A stretch of 64,000 bases of DNA from positions 7,004,849 to 7,068,848 of the forward strand of contig CM082583.2 in assembly GCA_040954595.2 (NCBI GenBank), given 5' to 3'. Shown here piece after piece: positions 36,836 to 51,800 of the stretch; position 1 is the first letter of the stretch; every line of letters starts with the position of its first letter. Source of the stretch: Balanoglossus misakiensis. Taxonomy: Eukaryota > Animalia > Hemichordata. The position numbers and the translations under genes were made by a program. Under the pieces are notes generated by a model that did no database searches, was not told the origin of the DNA, and saw only the letters and a program-made list of their open reading frames with translations.

Positions 36836-39800
36836 ATGAGTTATAGCTCATGAAAATCGTCCAAAAATGACAATTTTTCGACTTTCCGAAATATCAAAAT
36901 TTCTTCATTTTTTGATAAAAATCATGGGTTATAGCTCATGAAAATCGTCCAAAAATGACAATTTTTCGACTTTCCGAAATATCAAAATTTCTCCATTTTT
37001 TCGAAAAAATCATGGGTTATAGCTCATGAAAATCGTCCAAAAATGACAATTTTTCGACTTTCCGAAATATCAAAATTTCTTCATTTTTTGATAAAAATCA
37101 TGGGTTATAGCTCATGAAAATCGTCCAAAAATGACAATTTTTCGACTTTCCGAAATATCAAAATTTCTTCATTTTTTGATAAAAATCATGGGTTATAGCT
37201 CATGAAAATCGTCCAAAAATGACAATTTTTCGACTTTCCGAAATATCAAAATTTCTTCATTTTTTGATAAAAATCATGGGTTATAGCTCATGAAAATCGT
37301 CCAAAAATGACAATTTTTCGACTTTCCGAAATATCAAAATTTCTCCATTTTTTCGAAAAAATCATGGGTTATAGCTCATGAAAATCGTCCAAAAATGACA
37401 ATTTTTTGACTTTCCGAAATATCAAAATTTCTTCATTTTTTGATAAAAATCATGGGTTATAGCTCATGAAAATCGTCCAAAAATGACAATTTTTCGACTT
37501 TCCGAAATATCAAAATTTCTTCATTTTTTCGAAAAAATCATGGGTTATAGCTCATGAAAATCGTCCAAAAATGACAATTTTTCGACTTTCCGAAATATCA
37601 AAATTTCTTCATTTTTTGATAAAAATCATGGGTTATAGCTCATGAAAATCGTCCAAAAATGACAATTTTTCGACTTTCCGAAATATCAAAATTTCTTCAT
37701 TTTTTGATAAAAATCATGGGTTATAGCTCATGAAAATCGTCCAAAAATGACAATTTTTCGACTTTCCGAAATATCAAAATTTCTTCATTTTTTGATAAAA
37801 ATCATGGGTTATAGCTCATGAAAATCGTCCAAAAATGACAATTTTTCGACTTTCCGAAATATCAAAATTTCTTCATTTTTTGATAAAAATCATGGGTTAT
37901 AGCTCATGAAAATCGTCGAAAAATGACAATTTTTCGACTTTCCGAAATATCAATATTTCTTCACTTTTTGATAAAAATCATGGGTTATAGCTCATGAAAA
38001 TCGTCCAAAAATGACAATTTTTCGACTTTCCGAAATATCAATATTTCTTCACTTTTTGATAAAAATCATGGGTTATAGCTCATGAAAATCGTCCAAAAAT
38101 GACAATTTTTCGACTTTCCGAAATATCAAAATTTCTTCGTTTTTGATAAAAATCATGGGTTATAGCTCATGAAAATCGTCCAAAAATGACAATTTTTCGA
38201 CTTTCCGAAATATCAAAATTTCTTCATTTTTTGATAAAAATCATGGGTTATAGCTCATGAAAATCGTCCAAAAATGACAATTTTTCGACTTTCCGAAATA
38301 TCAAAATTTCTTCATTTTTTGATAAAAATCATGGGTTATAGCTCATGAAAATCGTCCAAAAATGACAATTTTTCGACTTTCCGAAATATCAAAATTTCTC
38401 CATTTTTTCGAAAAAATCATGGGTTATAGCTCATGAAAATCGTCCAAAAATGACAATTTTTTGACTTTCCGAAATATCAAAATTTCTTCATTTTTTGATA
38501 AAAATCATGGGTTATAGCTCATGAAAATCGTCCAAAAATGACAATTTTTCGACTTTCCGAAATATCAAAATTTCTTCATTTTTTCGAAAAAATCATGGGT
38601 TATAGCTCATGAAAATCGTCCAAAAATGACAATTTTTCGACTTTCCGAAATATCAAAATTTCTTCATTTTTTGATAAAAATCATGGGTTATAGCTCATGA
38701 AAATCGTCCAAAAATGACAATTTTTCGACTTTCCGAAATATCAAAATTTCTTCATTTTTTGATAAAAATCATGGGTTATAGCTCATGAAAATCGTCCAAA
38801 AATGACAATTTTTCGACTTTCCGAAATATCAAAATTTCTTCATTTTTTGATAAAAATCATGGGTTATAGCTCATGAAAATCGTCCAAAAATGACAATTTT
38901 TCGACTTTCCGAAATATCAAAATTTCTTCATTTTTTGATAAAAATCATGGGTTATAGCTCATGAAAATCGTCGAAAAATGACAATTTTTCGACTTTCCGA
39001 AATATCAATATTTCTTCACTTTTTGATAAAAATCATGGGTTATAGCTCATGAAAATCGTCCAAAAATGACAATTTTTCGACTTTCCGAAATATCAATATT
39101 TCTTCACTTTTTGATAAAAATCATGGGTTATAGCTCATGAAAATCGTCCAAAAATGACAATTTTTCGACTTTCCGAAATATCAAAATTTCTTCGTTTTTG
39201 ATAAAAATCATGGGTTATAGCTCATGAAAATCGTCCAAAAATGACAATTTTTCGACTTTCCGAAATATCAAAATTTCTTCATTTTTTGATAAAAATCATG
39301 GGTTATAGCTCATGAAAATCGTCCAAAAATGACAATTTTTCGACTTTCCGAAATATCAAAATTTCTTCATTTTTTGATAAAAATCATGGGTTATAGCTCA
39401 TGAAAATCGTCCAAAAATGACAATTTTTCGACTTTCCGAAATATCAAAATTTCTTCATTTTTTGATAAAAATCATGGGTTATAGCTCATGAAAATCGTCC
39501 AAAAATGACAATTTTTCGACTTTCCGAAATATCAAAATTTCTTCATTTTTTGATAAAAATCATGGGTTATAGCTCATGAAAATCGTCCAAAAATGACAAT
39601 TTTTCGACTTTCCGAAATATCAAAATTTCTTCATTTTTTGATAAAAATCATGGGTTATAGCTCATGAAAATCGTCCAAAAATGTCAATTTTTCGACTTTC
39701 CGAAATATCAAAATTTCTTCATTTTTTGATAAAAATCATGGGTTATAGCTCATGAAAATCGTCCAAAAATGACAATTTTTCGACTTTCCGAAATATCAAA

Positions 39801-42800
39801 ATTTCTTCATTTTTTGATAAAAATCATGGGTTATAGCTCATGAAAATCGTCCAAAAATGACAATTTTTCGACTTTCCGAAATATCAAAATTTCTTCATTT
39901 TTTCGAAAAAATCATGGGTTATAGCTCATGAAAATCGTCCAAAAATGACAATTTTTCGACTTTCCGAAATATCAAAATTTCTTCATTTTTTCATAAAAAT
40001 CATGGGTTATAGCTCATGAAAATCGTCCAAAAATGACAATTTTTCGACTTTCCGAAATATCAAAATTTCTTCATTTTTTGATAAAAATCATGGGTTATAG
40101 CTCATGAAAATCGTCCAAAAATGACAATTTTTCGACTTTCCGAAATATCAAAATTTCTTCATTTTTTGATAAAAATCATGGGTTATAGCTCATGAAAATC
40201 GTCCAAAAATGACAATTTTTCGACTTTCCGAAATATCAAAATTTCTTCACTTTTTGATAAAAATCATGAGTTATAGCTCATGAAAATCGTCCAAAAATGA
40301 CAATTTTTCGACTTTCCGAAATATCAAAATTTCTTCATTTTTTGATAAAAATCATGGGTTATAGCTCATGAAAATCGTCCAAAAATGACAATTTTTCGAC
40401 TTTCCGAAATATCAAAATTTCTTCATTTTTTGATAAAAATCATGGGTTATAGCTCATGAAAATCGTCCAAAAATGACAATTTTTCGACTTTCCGAAATAT
40501 CAAAATTTCTTCATTTTTTGATAAAAATCATGGGTTATAGCTCATGAAAATCGTCCAAAAATGACAATTTTTCGACTTTCCGAAATATCAAAATTTCTTC
40601 ATTTTTTGATAAAAATCATGGGTTATAGCTCATGAAAATCGTCCAAAAATGACAATTTTTCGACTTTCCGAAATATCAAAATTTCTTCATTTTTTGATAA
40701 AAATCATGGGTTATAGCTCATGAAAATCGTCCAAAAATGACAATTTTTCGACTTTCCGAAATATCAAAATTTCTTCATTTTTTGATAAAAATCATGGGTT
40801 ATAGCTCATGAAAATCGTCCAAAAATGACAATTTTTCGACTTTCCGAAATATCAAAATTTCTTCATTTTTTGATAAAAATCATGGGTTATAGCTCATGAA
40901 AATCGTCCAAAAATGACAATTTTTCGACTTTCCGAAATATCAAAATTTCTTCATTTTTTGATAAAAATCATGGGTTATAGCTCATGAAAATCGTCGAAAA
41001 ATGACAATTTTTCGACTTTCCGAAATATCAATATTTCTTCACTTTTTGATAAAAATCATGGGTTATAGCTCATGAAAATCGTCCAAAAATGACAATTTTT
41101 CGACTTTCCGAAATATCAATATTTCTTCACTTTTTGATAAAAATCATGGGTTATAGCTCATGAAAATCGTCCAAAAATGACAATTTTTCGACGTTCCGAA
41201 ATATCAATATTTCTTCACTTTTTGATAAAAATCATGGGTTATAGCTCATGAAAATCGTCCAAAAATGACAATTTTTCGACTTTCCGAAATATCAAAATTT
41301 CTTCATTTTTTGATAAAAATCATGGGTTATAGCTCATGAAAATCGTCCAAAAATGACAATTTTTCGACTTTCCGAAATATCAAAATTTCTTCATTTTTTG
41401 ATAAAAATCATGGGTTATAGCTCATGAAAATCGTCCAAAAATGACAATTTTTCGACTTTCCGAAATATCAAAATTTCTCCATTTTTTCGAAAAAATCATG
41501 GGTTATAGCTCATGAAAATCGTCCAAAAATGACAATTTTTCGACTTTCCGAAATATCAAAATTTCTTCATTTTTTGATAAAAATCATGGGTTATAGCTCA
41601 TGAAAATCGTCCAAAAATGACAATTTTTCGACTTTCCGAAATATCAAAATTTCTTCATTTTTTCGAAAAAATCATGGGTTATAGCTCATGAAAATCGTCC
41701 AAAAATGACAATTTTTCGACTTTCCGAAATATCAAAATTTCTTCATTTTTTGATAAAAATCATGGGTTATAGCTCATGAAAATCGTCCAAAAATGACAAT
41801 TTTTCGACTTTCCGAAATATCAAAATTTCTTCATTTTTTGATAAAAATCATGGGTTATAGCTCATGAAAATCGTCCAAAAATGACAATTTTTCGACTTTC
41901 CGAAATATCAAAATTTCTTCATTTTTTGATAAAAATCATGGGTTATAGCTCATGAAAATCGTCGAAAAATGACAATTTTTCGACTTTCCGAAATATCAAT
42001 ATTTCTTCACTTTTTGATAAAAATCATGGGTTATAGCTCATGAAAATCGTCGAAAAATGACAATTTTTCGACTTTCCGAAATATCAATATTTCTTCACTT
42101 TTTGATAAAAATCATGGGTTATAGCTCATGAAAATCGTCCAAAAATGACAATTTTTCGACTTTCCGAAATATCAAAATTTCTTCGTTTTTGATAAAAATC
42201 ATGGGTTATAGCTCATGAAAATCGTCCAAAAATGACAATTTTTCGACTTTCCGAAATATCAAAATTTCTTCATTTTTTGATAAAAATCATGGGTTATAGC
42301 TCATGAAAATCGTCCAAAAATGACAATTTTTCGACTTTCCGAAATATCAAAATTTCTTCATTTTTTGATAAAAATCATGGGTTATAGCTCATGAAAATCG
42401 TCCAAAAATGACAATTTTTCGACTTTCCGAAATATCAAAATTTCTTCATTTTTTGATAAAAATCATGGGTTATAGCTCATGAAAATCGTCCAAAAATGAC
42501 AATTTTTCGACTTTCCGAAATATCAAAATTTCTTCATTTTTTGATAAAAATCATGGGTTATAGCTCATGAAAATCGTCCAAAAATGACAATTTTTCGACT
42601 TTCCGAAATATCAAAATTTCTTCATTTTTTGATAAAAATCATGGGTTATAGCTCATGAAAATCGTCCAAAAATGACAATTTTTCGACTTTCCGAAATATC
42701 AAAATTTCTTCATTTTTTGATAAAAATCATGGGTTATAGCTCATGAAAATCGTCCAAAAATGTCAATTTTTCGACTTTCCGAAATATCAAAATTTCTTCA

Positions 42801-45800
42801 TTTTTTGATAAAAATCATGGGTTATAGCTCATGAAAATCGTCCAAAAATGACAATTTTTCGACTTTCCGAAATATCAAAATTTCTTCATTTTTTGATAAA
42901 AATCATGGGTTATAGCTCATGAAAATCGTCCAAAAATGACAATTTTTCGACTTTCCGAAATATCAAAATTTCTTCATTTTTTCGAAAAAATCATGGGTTA
43001 TAGCTCATGAAAATCGTCCAAAAATGACAATTTTTCGACTTTCCGAAATATCAAAATTTCTTCATTTTTTGATAAAAATCATGGGTTATAGCTCATGAAA
43101 ATCGTCCAAAAATGACAATTTTTCGACTTTCCGAAATATCAAAATTTCTTCACTTTTTGATAAAAATCATGAGTTATAGCTCATGAAAATCGTCCAAAAA
43201 TGACAATTTTTCGACTTTCCGAAATATCAAAATTTCTTCACTTTTTGATAAAAATCATGGGTTATAGCTCATGAAAATCGTCCAAAAATGACAATTTTTC
43301 GACTTTACGAAATATCAAAATTTCTTCATTTTTTGATAAAAATCATGGGTTATAGCTCATGAAAATCGTCCAAAAATGACAATTTTTCGACTTTCCGAAA
43401 TATCAAAATTTCTTCATTTTTTGATAAAAATCATGGGTTATAGCTCGTGAAAATCGTCCAAAAATGACAATTTTTCGACTTTCCGAAATATCAAAACTTC
43501 TTCATTTTTTGATAAAAATCATGGGTTATAGCTCATGAAAATCGTCCAAAAATGACAATTTTTCGACTTTCCGAAATATCAATATTTCTTCACTTTTTGA
43601 TAAAAATCATGGGTTATAGCTCATGAAAATCGTCCAAAAATGACAATTTTTCGACTTTCCGAAATATCAATATTTCTTCACTTTTTGATAAAAATCATGG
43701 GTTATAGCTCATGAAAATCGTCCAAAAATGACAATTTTTCGACTTTCCGAAATATCAATATTTCTTCACTTTTTGATAAAAATCATGGGTTATAGCTCAT
43801 GAAAATCGTCCAAAAATGACAATTTTTCGACTTTCCGAAATATCAAAATTTCTTCGTTTTTGATAAAAATCATGGGTTATAGCTCATGAAAATCGTCCAA
43901 AAATGACAATTTTTCGACTTTCCGAAATATCAAAATTTCTTCATTTTTTGATAAAAATCATGGGTTATAGCTCATGAAAATCGTCCAAAAATGACAATTT
44001 TTCGACTTTCCGAAATATCAAAATTTCTTCATTTTTTGATAAAAATCATGGGTTATAGCTCATGAAAATCGTCCAAAAATGACAATTTTTCGACTTTCCG
44101 AAATATCAAAATTTCTTCATTTTTTGATAAAAATCATGGGTTATAGCTCATGAAAATCGTCCAAAAATGACAATTTTTCGACTTTCCGAAATATCAAAAT
44201 TTCTTCATTTTTTGATAAAAATCATGGGTTATAGCTCATGAAAATCGTCCAAAAATGACAATTTTTCGACTTTCCGAAATATCAAAATTTCTTCATTTTT
44301 TGATAAAAATCATGGGTTATAGCTCATGAAAATCGTCCAAAAATGTCAATTTTTCGACTTTCCGAAATATCAAAATTTCTTCATTTTTTGATAAAAATCA
44401 TGGGTTATAGCTCATGAAAATCGTCCAAAAATGACAATTTTTCGACTTTCCGAAATATCAAAATTTCTTCATTTTTTGATAAAAATCATGGGTTATAGCT
44501 CATGAAAATCGTCCAAAAATGACAATTTTTCGACTTTCCGAAATTTCAAAATTTCTTCATTTTTTGATAAAAATCATGGGTTATAGCTCATGAAAATCGT
44601 CCAAAAATGACAATTTTTCGACTTTCCGAAATTTCAAAATTTCTTCATTTTTTGATAAAAATCATGGGTTATAGCTCATGAAAATCGTCCAAAAATGACA
44701 ATTTTTCGACTTTCCGAAATATCAATATTTCTTCACTTTTTGATAAAAATCATGGGTTATAGCTCATGAAAATCGTCCAAAAATGACAATTTTTAGACTT
44801 TCCGAAATATCAAAATTTCTTCACTTTTTGATAAAAATCATGGGTTATAGCTCATGAAAATCGTCCAAAAATGACAATTTTTAGACTTTCCGAAATATCA
44901 AAATTTCTTCACTTTTTGATAAAAATCATGGGTTATAGCTCATGAAAATCGTCCAAAAATGACAATTTTTCGACTTTCCGAAATATCAAAATTTCTTCAC
45001 TTTTTGATAAAAATCATGGGTTATAGCTCATGAAAATCGTCCAAAAATGACAATTTTTCGACTTTCCGAAATATCAAAATTTCTTCATTTTTTCGAAAAA
45101 ATCATGGGTTATAGCTCATGAAAATCGTCCAAAAATGACAATTTTTCGACTTTCCGAAATATCAAAATTTCTTCGTTTTTGATAAAAATCATGGGTTATA
45201 GCTCATGAAAATCGTCCAAAAATGACAATTTTTCGACTTTCCGAAATATCAAAATTTCTTCGTTTTTGATAAAAATCATGGGTTATAGCTCATGAAAATC
45301 GTCCAAAAATGACAATTTTTCGACTTTCCGAAATATCAAAATTTCTTCATTTTTTGATAAAAATCATGGGTTATAGCTCATGAAAATCGTCCAAAAATGA
45401 CAATTTTTCGACTTTCCGAAATATCAAAATTTCTTCATTTTTTGATAAAAATCATGAGTTATAGCTCATGAAAATCGTCCAAAAATGACAATTTTTCGAC
45501 TTTCCGAAATATCAAAATTTCTTCATTTTTTGATAAAAATCATGGGTTATAGCTCATGAAAATCGTCCAAAAATGACAATTTTTCGACTTTCCGAAATAT
45601 CAAAATTTCTTCATTTTTTGATAGAAATCATGGGTTATAGCTCATGAAAATCGTCCAAAAATGACAATTTTTCGACTTTCCGAAATATCAAAATTTCTTC
45701 ATTTTTTGATAAAAATCATGGGTTATAGCTCATGAAAATCGTCCAAAAATGACAATTTTTCGACTTTCCGAAATATCAAAATTTCTTCATTTTTTGATAA

Positions 45801-48800
45801 AAATCATGGGTTATAGCTCATGAAAATCGTCCAAAAATGACAATTTTTCGACTTTCCGAAATATCAAAATTTCTTCATTTTTTGATAAAAATCATGGGTT
45901 ATAGCTCATGAAAATCGTCCAAAAATGACAATTTTTCGACTTTCCGAAATATCAAAATTTCTTCATTTTTTCATAAAAATCATGGGTTATAGCTCATGAA
46001 AATCGTCCAAAAATGACAATTTTTCGACTTTCCGAAATATCAAAATTTCTTCATTTTTTCATAAAAATCATGGGTTATAGCTCATGAAAATCGTCCAAAA
46101 ATGACAATTTTTCGACTTTCCGAAATATCAAAATTTCTTCATTTTTTCATAAAAATCATGGGTTATAGCTCATGAAAATCGTCCAAAAATGACAATTTTT
46201 CGACTTTCCGAAATATCAAAATTTCTTCATTTTTTGATAAAAATCATGGGTTATAGCTCATGAAAATCGTCCAAAAATGACAATTTTTCGACTTTCCGAA
46301 ATATCAAAATTTCTTCATTTTTTGATAAAAATCATGGGTTATAGCTCATGAAAATCGTCCAAAAATGACAATTTTTCGACTTTCCGAAATATCAATATTT
46401 CTTCATTTTTTGATAGAAATCATGGGTTATAGCTCATGAAAATCGTCCAAAAATGACAATTTTTCGACTTTCCGAAATATCAAAATTTCTTCATTTTTTC
46501 ATAAAAATCATGGGTTATAGCTCATGAAAATCGTCCAAAAATGACAATTTTTCGACTTTCCGAAATATCAAAATTTCTTCATTTTTTGATAAAAATCATG
46601 GGTTATAGCTCATGAAAATCGTCCAAAAATGACAATTTTTCGACTTTCCGAAATATCAAAATTTCTTCATTTTTTGATAAAAATCATGGGTTATAGCTCA
46701 TGAAAATCGTCCAAAAATGACAATTTTTCGACTTTCCGAAATATCAAAATTTCTTCATTTTTTGATAAAAATCATGGGTTATAGCTCATGAAAATCGTCC
46801 AAAAATGACAATTTTTCGACTTTCCGAAATATCAAAATTTCTTCATTTTTTGATAAAAATCATGGGTTATAGCTCATGAAAATCGTCCAAAAATGACAAT
46901 TTTTCGACTTTCCGAAATATCAAAATTTCTTCATTTTTTGATAAAAATCATGGGTTATAGCTCATGAAAATCGTCCAAAAATGACAATTTTTCGACTTTC
47001 CGAAATATCAAAATTTCTTCATTTTTTCATAAAAATCATGGGTTATAGCTCATGAAAATCGTCCAAAAATGACAATTTTTCGACTTTCCGAAATATCAAA
47101 ATTTCTTCATTTTTTCATAAAAATCATGGGTTATAGCTCATGAAAATCGTCCAAAAATGACAATTTTTCGACTTTCCGAAATATCAAAATTTCTTCATTT
47201 TTTGATAAAAATCATGGGTTATAGCTCATGAAAATCGTCCAAAAATGACAATTTTTCGACTTTCCGAAATATCAAAATTTCTTCATTTTTTGATAAAAAT
47301 CATGGGTTATAGCTCATGAAAATCGTCCAAAAATGACAATTTTTCGACTTTCCGAAATATCAAAATTTCTTCATTTTTTAATAAAAATCATGGGTTATAG
47401 CTCATGAAAATCGTCCAAAAATGACAATTTTTCGACTTTCCGAAATATCAAAATTTCTTCATTTTTTGATAAAAATCATGGGTTATAGCTCATGAAAATC
47501 GTCCAAAAATGACAATTTTTCGACTTTCCGAAATATCAATATTTCTTCATTTTTCGATAAAAATCATGGGTTATAGCTCATGAAAATCGTCCAAAAATGA
47601 CAATTTTTCGACTTTCCGAAATATCAATATTTCTTCACTTTTCGATAAAAATCATGGGTTATAGCTCATGAAAATCGTCCAAAAATGACAATTTTTCGAC
47701 TTTCCGAAATATCAAAATTTCTTCATTTTTTGATAAAAATCATGGGTTATAGCTCATGAAAATCGTCCAAAAATGACAATTTTTCGACTTTCCGAAATAT
47801 CAAAATTTCTTCATTTTTTGATAAAAATCATGGGTTATAGCTCATGAAAATCGTCCAAAAATGACAATTTTTCGACTTTCCGAAATATCAAAATTTCTTC
47901 ATTTTTTGATAAAAATCATGGGTTATAGCTCATGAAAATCGTCCAAAAATGACAATTTTTCGACTTTCCGAAATATCAAAATTTCTTCATTTTTTCATAA
48001 AAATCATGGGTTATAGCTCATGAAAATCGTCCAAAAATGACAATTTTTCGACTTTCCGAAATATCAAAATTTCTTCATTTTTTCATAAAAATCATGGGTT
48101 ATAGCTCATGAAAATCGTCCAAAAATGACAATTTTTCGACTTTCCGAAATATCAAAATTTCTTTATTTTTTGATAAAAATCATGGGTTATAGCTCATGAA
48201 AATCGTCCAAAAATGACAATTTTTCGACTTTCCGAAATATCAAAATTTCTTCATTTTTTGATAAAAATCATGGGTTATAGCTCATGAAAATCGTCCAAAA
48301 ATGACAATTTTTCGACTTTCCGAAATATCAAAATTTCTTCATTTTTTCGAAAAAATCATGGGTTATAGCTCATGAAAATCGTCCAAAAATGACAATTTTT
48401 CGACTTTCCGAAATATCAAAATTTCTTCATTTTTTCGAAAAAATCATGGGTTATAGCTCATGAAAATCGTCCAAAAATGACAATTTTTCGACTTTCCGAA
48501 ATATCAAAATTTCTTCATTTTTTCGAAAAAATCATGGGTTATAGCTCATGAAAATCGTCCAAAAATGACAATTTTTCGACTTTCCGAAATATCAAAATTT
48601 CTTCATTTTTTCGAAAAAATCATGGGTTATAGCTCATGAAAATCGTCCAAAAATGACAATTTTTCGACTTTCCGAAATATCAAAATTTCTTCATTTTTTC
48701 GAAAAAATCATGGGTTATAGCTCATGAAAATCGTCCAAAAATGACAATTTTTCGACTTTCCGAAATATCAAAATTTCTTCATTTTTTCGAAAAAATCATG

Positions 48801-51800
48801 GGTTATAGCTCATGAAAATCGTCCAAAAATGACAATTTTTCGACTTTCCGAAATCTCAAAATTTCTTCATTTTTTCGAAAAAATCATGGGTTATAGCTCA
48901 TGAAAATCGTCCAAAAATGACAATTTTTCGACTTTCCGAAATATCAAAATTTCTTCATTTTTTGATAAAAATCATGGGTTATAGCTCATGAAAATCGTCC
49001 AAAAATGACAATTTTTCGACTTTCCGAAATATCAAAATTTCTTCATTTTTTGATAAAAATCATGGGTTATAGCTCATGAAAATCGTCCAAAAATGACAAT
49101 TTTTCGACTTTCCGAAATATCAAAATTTCTTCATTTTTTGATAAAAATCATGGGTTATAGCTCATGAAAATCGTCCAAAAATGACAATTTTTCGACTTTC
49201 CGAAATATCAAAATTTCTTCATTTTTTCGAAAAAATCATGGGTTATAGCTCATGAAAATCGTCCAAAAATGACAATTTTTCGACTTTCCGAAATATCAAA
49301 ATTTCTTCATTTTTTCATAAAAATCATGGGTTATAGCTCATGAAAATCGTCCAAAAATGACAATTTTTCGACTTTCCGAAATATCAAAATTTCTTCATTT
49401 TTTCATAAAAATCATGGGTTATAGCTCATGAAAATCGTCCAAAAATGACAATTTTTCGACTTTCCGAAATATCAAAATTTCTTCATTTTTTCATAAAAAT
49501 CATGGGTTATAGCTCATGAAAATCGTCCAAAAATGACAATTTTTCGACTTTCCGAAATATCAAAATTTCTTCATTTTTTCATAAAAATCATGGGTTATAG
49601 CTCATGAAAATCGTCCAAAAATGACAATTTTTCGACTTTCCGAAATATCAAAATTTCTTCATTTTTTGATAAAAATCATGGGTTATAGCTCATGAAAATC
49701 GTCCAAAAATGACAATTTTTCGACTTTCCGAAATATCAAAATTTCTTCAGTTTTTGATAAAAATCATGGGTTATAGCTCATGAAAATCGTCCAAAAATGA
49801 CAATTTTTCGACTTTCCGAAATATCAAAATTTCTTCAGTTTTTGATAAAAATCATGGGTTATAGCTCATGAAAATCGTCCAAAAATGACAATTTTTCGAC
49901 TTTCCGAAATATCAAAATTTCTTCAGTTTTTCGAAAAAATCATGGGTTATAGCTCATGAAAATCGTCCAAAAATGACAATTTTTCGACTTTCCGAAATAT
50001 CAAAATTTCTTCATTTTTTGATAAAAATCATGGGTTATAGCTCATGAAAATCGTCCAAAAATGACAATTTTTCGACTTTCCGAAATATCAAAATTTCTTC
50101 ATTTTTTGATAAAAATCATGGGTTATAGCTCATGAAAATCGTCCAAAAATGACAATTTTTCGACTTTCCGAAATATCAAAATTTCTTCACTTTTTGATAA
50201 AAATCATGGGTTATAGCTCATGAAAATCGTCCAAAAATGACAATTTTTCGACTTTCCGAAATATCAAAATTTCTTCATTTTTTGATAAAAATCATGGGTT
50301 ATAGCTCATGAAAATCGTCCAAAAATGACAATTTTTCGACTTTCCGAAATATCAAAATTTCTTCATTTTTTGATAAAAATCATGGGTTATAGCTCATGAA
50401 AATCGTCCAAAAATGACAATTTTTCGACTTTCCGAAATATCAAAATTTCTTCATTTTTTGATAAAAATCATGGGTTATAGCTCATGAAAATCGTCCAAAA
50501 ATGACAATTTTTCGACTTTCCGAAATCTCAAAATTTCTTCATTTTTTGATAAAAATCATGGGTTATAGCTCATGAAAATCGTCCAAAAATGACAATTTTT
50601 CGACTTTCCGAAATCTCAAAATTTCTTCATTTTTTGATAAAAATCATGGGTTATAGCTCATGAAAATCGTCCAAAAATGACAATTTTTCGACTTTCCGAA
50701 ATATCAAAATTTCTTCATTTTTTGATAAAAATCATGGGTTATAGCTCATGAAAATCGTCCAAAAATGACAATTTTTCGACTTTCCGAAATATCAAAATTT
50801 CTTCACTTTTTGATAAAAATCATGGGTTATAGCTCATGAAAATCGTCCAAAAATGACAATTTTTCGACTTTCCGAAATATCAAAATTTCTTCACTTTTTG
50901 ATAAAAATCATGGGTTATAGCTCATGAAAATCGTCCAAAAATGACAATTTTTCGACTTTCCGAAAGATCAATATTTCTTCACTTTTTAATAAAAATCATG
51001 GGTTATAGCTGATGAAAATCGTCCAAAAATGACAATTTTTCGACTTTCCGAAATATCAATATTTCTTCACTTTTTAATAAAAATCATGGGTTATAGCTCA
51101 TGAAAATCGTCCAAAAATGACAATTTTTCGACTTTCCGAAATATCAAAATTTCTTCATTTTTTCGAAAAAATCATGGGTTATAGCTCATGAAAATCGTAG
51201 AAAAATGACAATTTTTCGACTTTCCGAAATATCAAAATTTCATGGGTTATAGCTCATGAAAATCGTCCAAAAATGACAATTTTTCGACTTTCCGAAATAT
51301 CAAAATTTCTTCATTTTTTGATAAAAATCATGGGTTATAGCTCATGAAAATCGTCCAAAAATGACAATTTTTCGACTTTCCGAAATATCAAAATTTCTTC
51401 ATTTTTTGATAAAAATCATGGGTTATAGCTCATGAAAATCGCCCAAAAATGACAATTTTTCGACTTTCCGAAATATCAAAATTTCTTCATTTTTTCGAAA
51501 AAATCATGGGTTATAGCTCATGAAAATCGTCCAAAAATGACAATTTTTCGACTTTCCGAAATATCAAAATTTCTTCATTTTTTGATAAAAATCATGGGTT
51601 ATAGCTCATGAAAATCGTCCAAAAATGACAATTTTTCGACTTTCCGAAATATCAAAATTTCTTCATTTTTTGATAAAAATCATGGGTTATAGCTCATGAA
51701 AATCGTCCAAAAATGAAAATTTTCTGACTTTCCGAAATATCAAAATTTCTTCATTTTTTCGAAAAAATCATGGGTTATAGCTCATGAAAATCGTCCAAAA

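Noticed and set aside
36870-36895. CENP-B box in the monomer (ttcgactttccgaa)
   Set aside because: Has TTCG but lacks the A..CGGG part of the NTTCGNNNNANNCGGGN consensus.
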